DNA of 20,000 nucleotides. Source: an uncultured virus (IMG/VR IMGVR_UViG_3300031851_000008). Its lineage: Duplodnaviria; Heunggongvirae; Uroviricota; Caudoviricetes. The position numbers were made by a program, and so were the translations under genes. Shown here one piece after another: positions 16,720 through 20,000 of the stretch. Position 1 is the stretch's first letter, and every line of letters begins with the position of its first letter. The notes under the pieces were generated by a model. That model did not search any database. It was not told where the DNA came from and saw only the letters and a program-made list of their open reading frames with translations. Location of the stretch: the IMG/VR virus record IMGVR_UViG_3300031851_000008, one strand, 5' to 3'.

Positions 16720-17196
16720 ATGGAGCATTTAAAAATTCAACCACACCAAACGGTTCTGGTTTTGAATTCAAGTTATGAACCAATTAACTTTACTAATTGG
16801 AAGAGAGCAATAGTTCTTGTTCTAAAAGAGAAAGTTCAAGTTTTATCAGGTAGAGTAGTAAGACTCCTTAACTACATAAAAATTCCTATTAGGAGTTTTA
16901 TGGCAAATCGCCCGACACGTAGTATGATATACAAGAGAGATAGAAATTCTTGTCAGTATTGTGGAGTGACAACCAGACTTACTATAGATCATGTAATTCC
17001 TCGTAGTAAAGGTGGAGAAGATACATGGGATAACCTAGTAGTTGCATGTTCTTCTTGCAATGTCAAGAAGAGTGATAAAATGCTTGAACAAACAAACCTT
17101 AAATTGAGGAAAATGCCCAGAGCACCATACAGCACAGTTGCTATTGATTTAGCAGAATCAAGTGTTGATGAGTGGAGAGAGTATAGTTACGTCTAG
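16720..17196 (+). CDS. HNH endonuclease (McrA-like, zinc-binding)
   Basis: VLVLNSSYEP N-terminus; RD-x-x-x-CQYC, TIDHVIPRSKGG-x-x-TWDNLV-x-AC-x-x-CN-x-x-K. Confidence 0.92.
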   Translation: MEHLKIQPHQTVLVLNSSYEPINFTNWKRAIVLVLKEKVQVLSGRVVRLLNYIKIPIRSFMANRPTRSMIYKRDRNSCQYCGVTTRLTIDHVIPRSKGGEDTWDNLVVACSSCNVKKSDKMLEQTNLKLRKMPRAPYSTVAIDLAESSVDEWREYSYV

Positions 17197-17204
17197 GAGT
17201 TATT

Positions 17205-17759
17205 ATGTTTTATCGTAAATTAAATAAGCAATTTGTCATTGATCACTATCAAAAAACTGGTAGTAAGATTGAGTATGGGATTGATACCCCGATGGGTTTT
17301 ATGGGAATTAAGTATTCCTATATCATGACCCCCAATGATGAGGAGTTATATCGTGTGGTCCCTAATCGTGATCGGGATAATTGTACATTATCCGTAATGG
17401 AGTTGAATTATCAAATTCCTCCACACACTGATAGTGACATTGAAGCAATCATTAATTTTTACATTAGAACTGATAGATGTATCACTCAGTTTTACTATCC
17501 AAGCACTAATCCCCAAGCAATTGCTGAAGGTGTATCTACCCAGACAGATGGAGCAGTGTTTCATGAAGGACATTTGAAGAAGTCTGTTAGATTCATGGCA
17601 CATCCTGGTGATGCATATTTGCTTGATGTATCAAAACCACATTCAGTTATGCCTACAGAACCTGGATTAACTGATCGTCGTTGCATTTGTATGCAACTTC
17701 TATATAAATCATTTGATGAAGCAGTAGAGATGTTACAGGAGACGGGATATCTTGATTGA
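17205..17759 (+). CDS. Cupin-fold 2OG-Fe(II) oxygenase-like protein (Asp/Asn beta-hydroxylase-like)
   Basis: IPPHTD, INFY, LLDVSKPHSV, R-x-x-I; AGGAG SD upstream. Confidence 0.65.
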   Translation: MFYRKLNKQFVIDHYQKTGSKIEYGIDTPMGFMGIKYSYIMTPNDEELYRVVPNRDRDNCTLSVMELNYQIPPHTDSDIEAIINFYIRTDRCITQFYYPSTNPQAIAEGVSTQTDGAVFHEGHLKKSVRFMAHPGDAYLLDVSKPHSVMPTEPGLTDRRCICMQLLYKSFDEAVEMLQETGYLD

Positions 17760-18294
17760 AGTATTTGACGATTATTTGGGTCCAGAAGAACATGATCGTT
17801 TGTGTAGTTACTTTATGGGCAACTATGACAAAGGAGATATCGCTAATTCATGCTGTTGGATATTTAATGGTGGAGTTAGTCACCCAAATGATGGTCACTT
17901 TCAACACATCCATCAGTTGTTTTCGGACCATCAAATCATTAGTCCTGCATGGTCATTGGTAAGACCAATTATTGATAAGGAAGAAGCAATTGCTATTGCT
18001 AGGGTAAAGGCAAACATGCTTGTTAGAACACCTGAAGTAGTAGTCTTTGATAACTGTTTTCATTGTGATTATGACTGCTCAATGTCACATATGAATACTG
18101 CAATCTATTATATCAATACTAATAATGGATTTACTTTGTTTGAAGATGGAACAAAAGTTGAGAGTGTAACTAATCGGTTAGTAAGATTTCCATCAAATTT
18201 GAAGCATACTGGATCTACATGTAGTGATGCTGATCGTAGGATTTTGATCAATTTTAACTACTTTACTGAGAGATGTTTACTACAAAACAATTAG
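17752..18294 (+). CDS. 2OG-Fe(II) oxygenase (prolyl-hydroxylase-like family common in cyanophages)
   Basis: FHCD...TAIYYINTNNG-x-T-x-F...NRLV-x-F...HTG...R-x-x-INFNY; TTG start with AGGAG upstream. Confidence 0.8.
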   Translation: MIEVFDDYLGPEEHDRLCSYFMGNYDKGDIANSCCWIFNGGVSHPNDGHFQHIHQLFSDHQIISPAWSLVRPIIDKEEAIAIARVKANMLVRTPEVVVFDNCFHCDYDCSMSHMNTAIYYINTNNGFTLFEDGTKVESVTNRLVRFPSNLKHTGSTCSDADRRILINFNYFTERCLLQNN

Positions 18295-19118
18295 AGTTTC
18301 ATATAACCCATACATGTAACTTTAGTTGTCAGGGTTGCTCACACTATTCTAATCATGGTCATTTGGGGACAGTATCAGTGGATATTGCTAGAGAATGGCT
18401 ATATAATTGGAGCAGAAGAATTAAACCAAAAAAATTTGTAATACTTGGTGGAGAACCAACATTACATAAAGATTTAGTTGATATGGTGTATATGATTAGG
18501 TTGATGTATCCTGATCCATATACCAATATTGATTTAGTATCAAATGCAAGTTTTTTGCACAATCATCCACAACTTCCTACAGCTTTAAAGGCAACAAGTA
18601 CAACCTTAGCAATATCGATACATAGCACAAAACATAAAGATTACGCTAGGAAGTTTAAAAGAGGATATCAATTAGCAAAATCATGGAGACATGATCTTGG
18701 TGTTACAGTAGAGTTCTGGGACTTTACAAATCAGCACTGGGTTCCACAGTACATGGGATTTGGTAATAATATGCTACCATTTGAGGACAATAATCCTAGA
18801 GAGAGTTGGAATAAATGCATATCAAAGGATGCCTTACAATTACATGAGAATAAACTTTGGAAGTGTCCCCCTTTGGCATATCTTCCAATGCAGAAGAAAA
18901 AGTATGATTTGAGTTCTAAATGGGATTCTTACCTAAAATACAAACCACTAGAACTTGATTGTACTGATGAGCAACTTGAAGAATTTTTATCAAGAGAGGA
19001 AGAGTCTTATTGTTCAATGTGTCCCGCAAATCAAGAACCAGTTGTAAAGGAAGACCCTACATTACCAGTTAGTTATTGGGAGAAAAAGTATGATCACATG
19101 GGGAATATCATCGGATAG
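18273..19118 (+). CDS. Radical SAM enzyme with C-terminal Cys cluster (SPASM/Twitch-like)
   Basis: CNFSCQGC (CxxxCxxC), LGGEPTLH, VSN, plus WNKC, KLWKC and CSMC near the C-terminus. Confidence 0.9.
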   Translation: MFTTKQLEFHITHTCNFSCQGCSHYSNHGHLGTVSVDIAREWLYNWSRRIKPKKFVILGGEPTLHKDLVDMVYMIRLMYPDPYTNIDLVSNASFLHNHPQLPTALKATSTTLAISIHSTKHKDYARKFKRGYQLAKSWRHDLGVTVEFWDFTNQHWVPQYMGFGNNMLPFEDNNPRESWNKCISKDALQLHENKLWKCPPLAYLPMQKKKYDLSSKWDSYLKYKPLELDCTDEQLEEFLSREEESYCSMCPANQEPVVKEDPTLPVSYWEKKYDHMGNIIG

Positions 19119-20000
19119 TCACAACGCCGCACTTGCTGTGTTTTGTAACAATTCTTTGGTGTTTGCTAGTGAGAGTGAACGATTTAGTAGGATAAAGAAC
19201 GATCCTAATATTAACGAGCATTTAATAACACATGCTTTGATGTATGGAGAACCTGATCTTATTTGCTGGTATGAGAAACCTATGAAGAAAAAGATCAGGC
19301 AGTTAAGGTCTGGTCAAGGTTTAGGAATTAAGAATTTTACAAGATATTATAATTGTAAACATAAGTTTTTTGATCATCACTATTCTCATGCTTGTGCTGG
19401 ATACTTTACGAGCAAATATAAAAAATGTGCTGTTTTAGTTATTGATGCGATTGGTGAGACTACCACCATGAGTATTTGGGCAGCAGCAGGTGATAGGTTG
19501 GAGTTGAAGTATAAATTAGATTATCCTAATAGTATTGGTTTATGGTATTCTGCCATGACACAGAGGATAGGATTGAAACCAAATGAAGATGAATATGTTC
19601 TCATGGCACTATCTTCTTATGGTGATAGGACGAAACTTACAAGAAAAGTGTTGGAGGAACTTATTGGTATTGACTTTAAAGCAAAACGTAATCTACATAG
19701 AGGTTGCTTAGATTGGGCACCAGGAGAATCTGATGAAGATATCGCTGCAGCAACTCAACATGTATATGAAGTTCTATTCATGTCAGCATTAAAAAAGGCA
19801 AAAGATTTGGTAGGTAGTACAAAGTTGGTATTGTCTGGGGGATGTGCTCTAAATTGTGTGGCAAATAGACATGCATATGATTACTTTAATGATGTTTGGA
19901 TAATGCCTGCTCCAGGAGATTCTGGATCTGCTATTGGCGCTGTATTGGCACATACTCAGAAGAAGATAGATTTTTCTCCATATTTGGGATATAAAATTCA
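19090..20000 (+). CDS. Carbamoyltransferase, NodU/CmcH/TobZ family (3'-truncated by window)
   Basis: Not in ORF track. MITWGISSDSHNAALAV...ESERFSRIKND...HHYSHACAGYFTS...VIDAIGE...SIGLWYS...EYVLMALSSYG...SGGCALNCVAN...PAPGDSGSAIGA; open to the window end. Confidence 0.93.
   Translation, partial: MITWGISSDSHNAALAVFCNNSLVFASESERFSRIKNDPNINEHLITHALMYGEPDLICWYEKPMKKKIRQLRSGQGLGIKNFTRYYNCKHKFFDHHYSHACAGYFTSKYKKCAVLVIDAIGETTTMSIWAAAGDRLELKYKLDYPNSIGLWYSAMTQRIGLKPNEDEYVLMALSSYGDRTKLTRKVLEELIGIDFKAKRNLHRGCLDWAPGESDEDIAAATQHVYEVLFMSALKKAKDLVGSTKLVLSGGCALNCVANRHAYDYFNDVWIMPAPGDSGSAIGAVLAHTQKKIDFSPYLGYKI

Noticed and set aside
17752..18294. Endonuclease V label sometimes attached to similar cyanophage proteins
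   Set aside because: Motifs (HxD...H...R) fit a 2OG-Fe(II) oxygenase, not DenV.
2293..18562. Numerous 60-170 aa minus-strand and alternate-frame ORFs in the track (e.g. 8553-9062, 7215-7604, 9156-9539, 12469-12852)
   Set aside because: All lie within well-supported + strand genes, lack recognisable motifs and look like shadow ORFs.
1..20000. CRISPR array, IS element, intein, DGR template/variable repeat pair or long tandem repeat
   Set aside because: None seen by eye; intergenic space is minimal and no transposase or reverse transcriptase is present. A self dot-plot would be needed to exclude subtle repeats.

Overview
AT-rich, gene-dense window with all credible genes on the + strand, most consistent with a T4-like cyanophage (myovirus of Synechococcus/Prochlorococcus-type hosts). 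From 5' to 3' it holds: the 3' end of the auxiliary gene pcyA; a probable late/structural protein; tRNA-Leu(TAA); a two-domain Fe(II)/2OG enzyme whose metal motif reads HxG instead of HxD (a halogenase-type signature); a 1941-aa tail-fibre-like protein with a C-terminal peptidase S74 chaperone; and a terminator/early-promoter junction. Next is a restriction-modification-like cassette: a nuclease-like/SF2 helicase ORF, an NPPY methyltransferase ORF, a small SAM-binding MTase-half ORF and a second SF2 helicase. The window ends with a run of overlapping genes including six more 2OG-Fe(II)/cupin oxygenases, an HNH endonuclease, a radical SAM enzyme and a carbamoyltransferase (truncated by the window). 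The most striking signal is a complete dnaX-style -1 ribosomal frameshift cassette (GGAG, in-phase A_AAA_AAG, 7-nt spacer, 8-bp stem-loop). It would fuse the helicase ORF to the methyltransferase ORF into a ~1044-aa protein. All family assignments are from motif recognition by eye; no searches were run.
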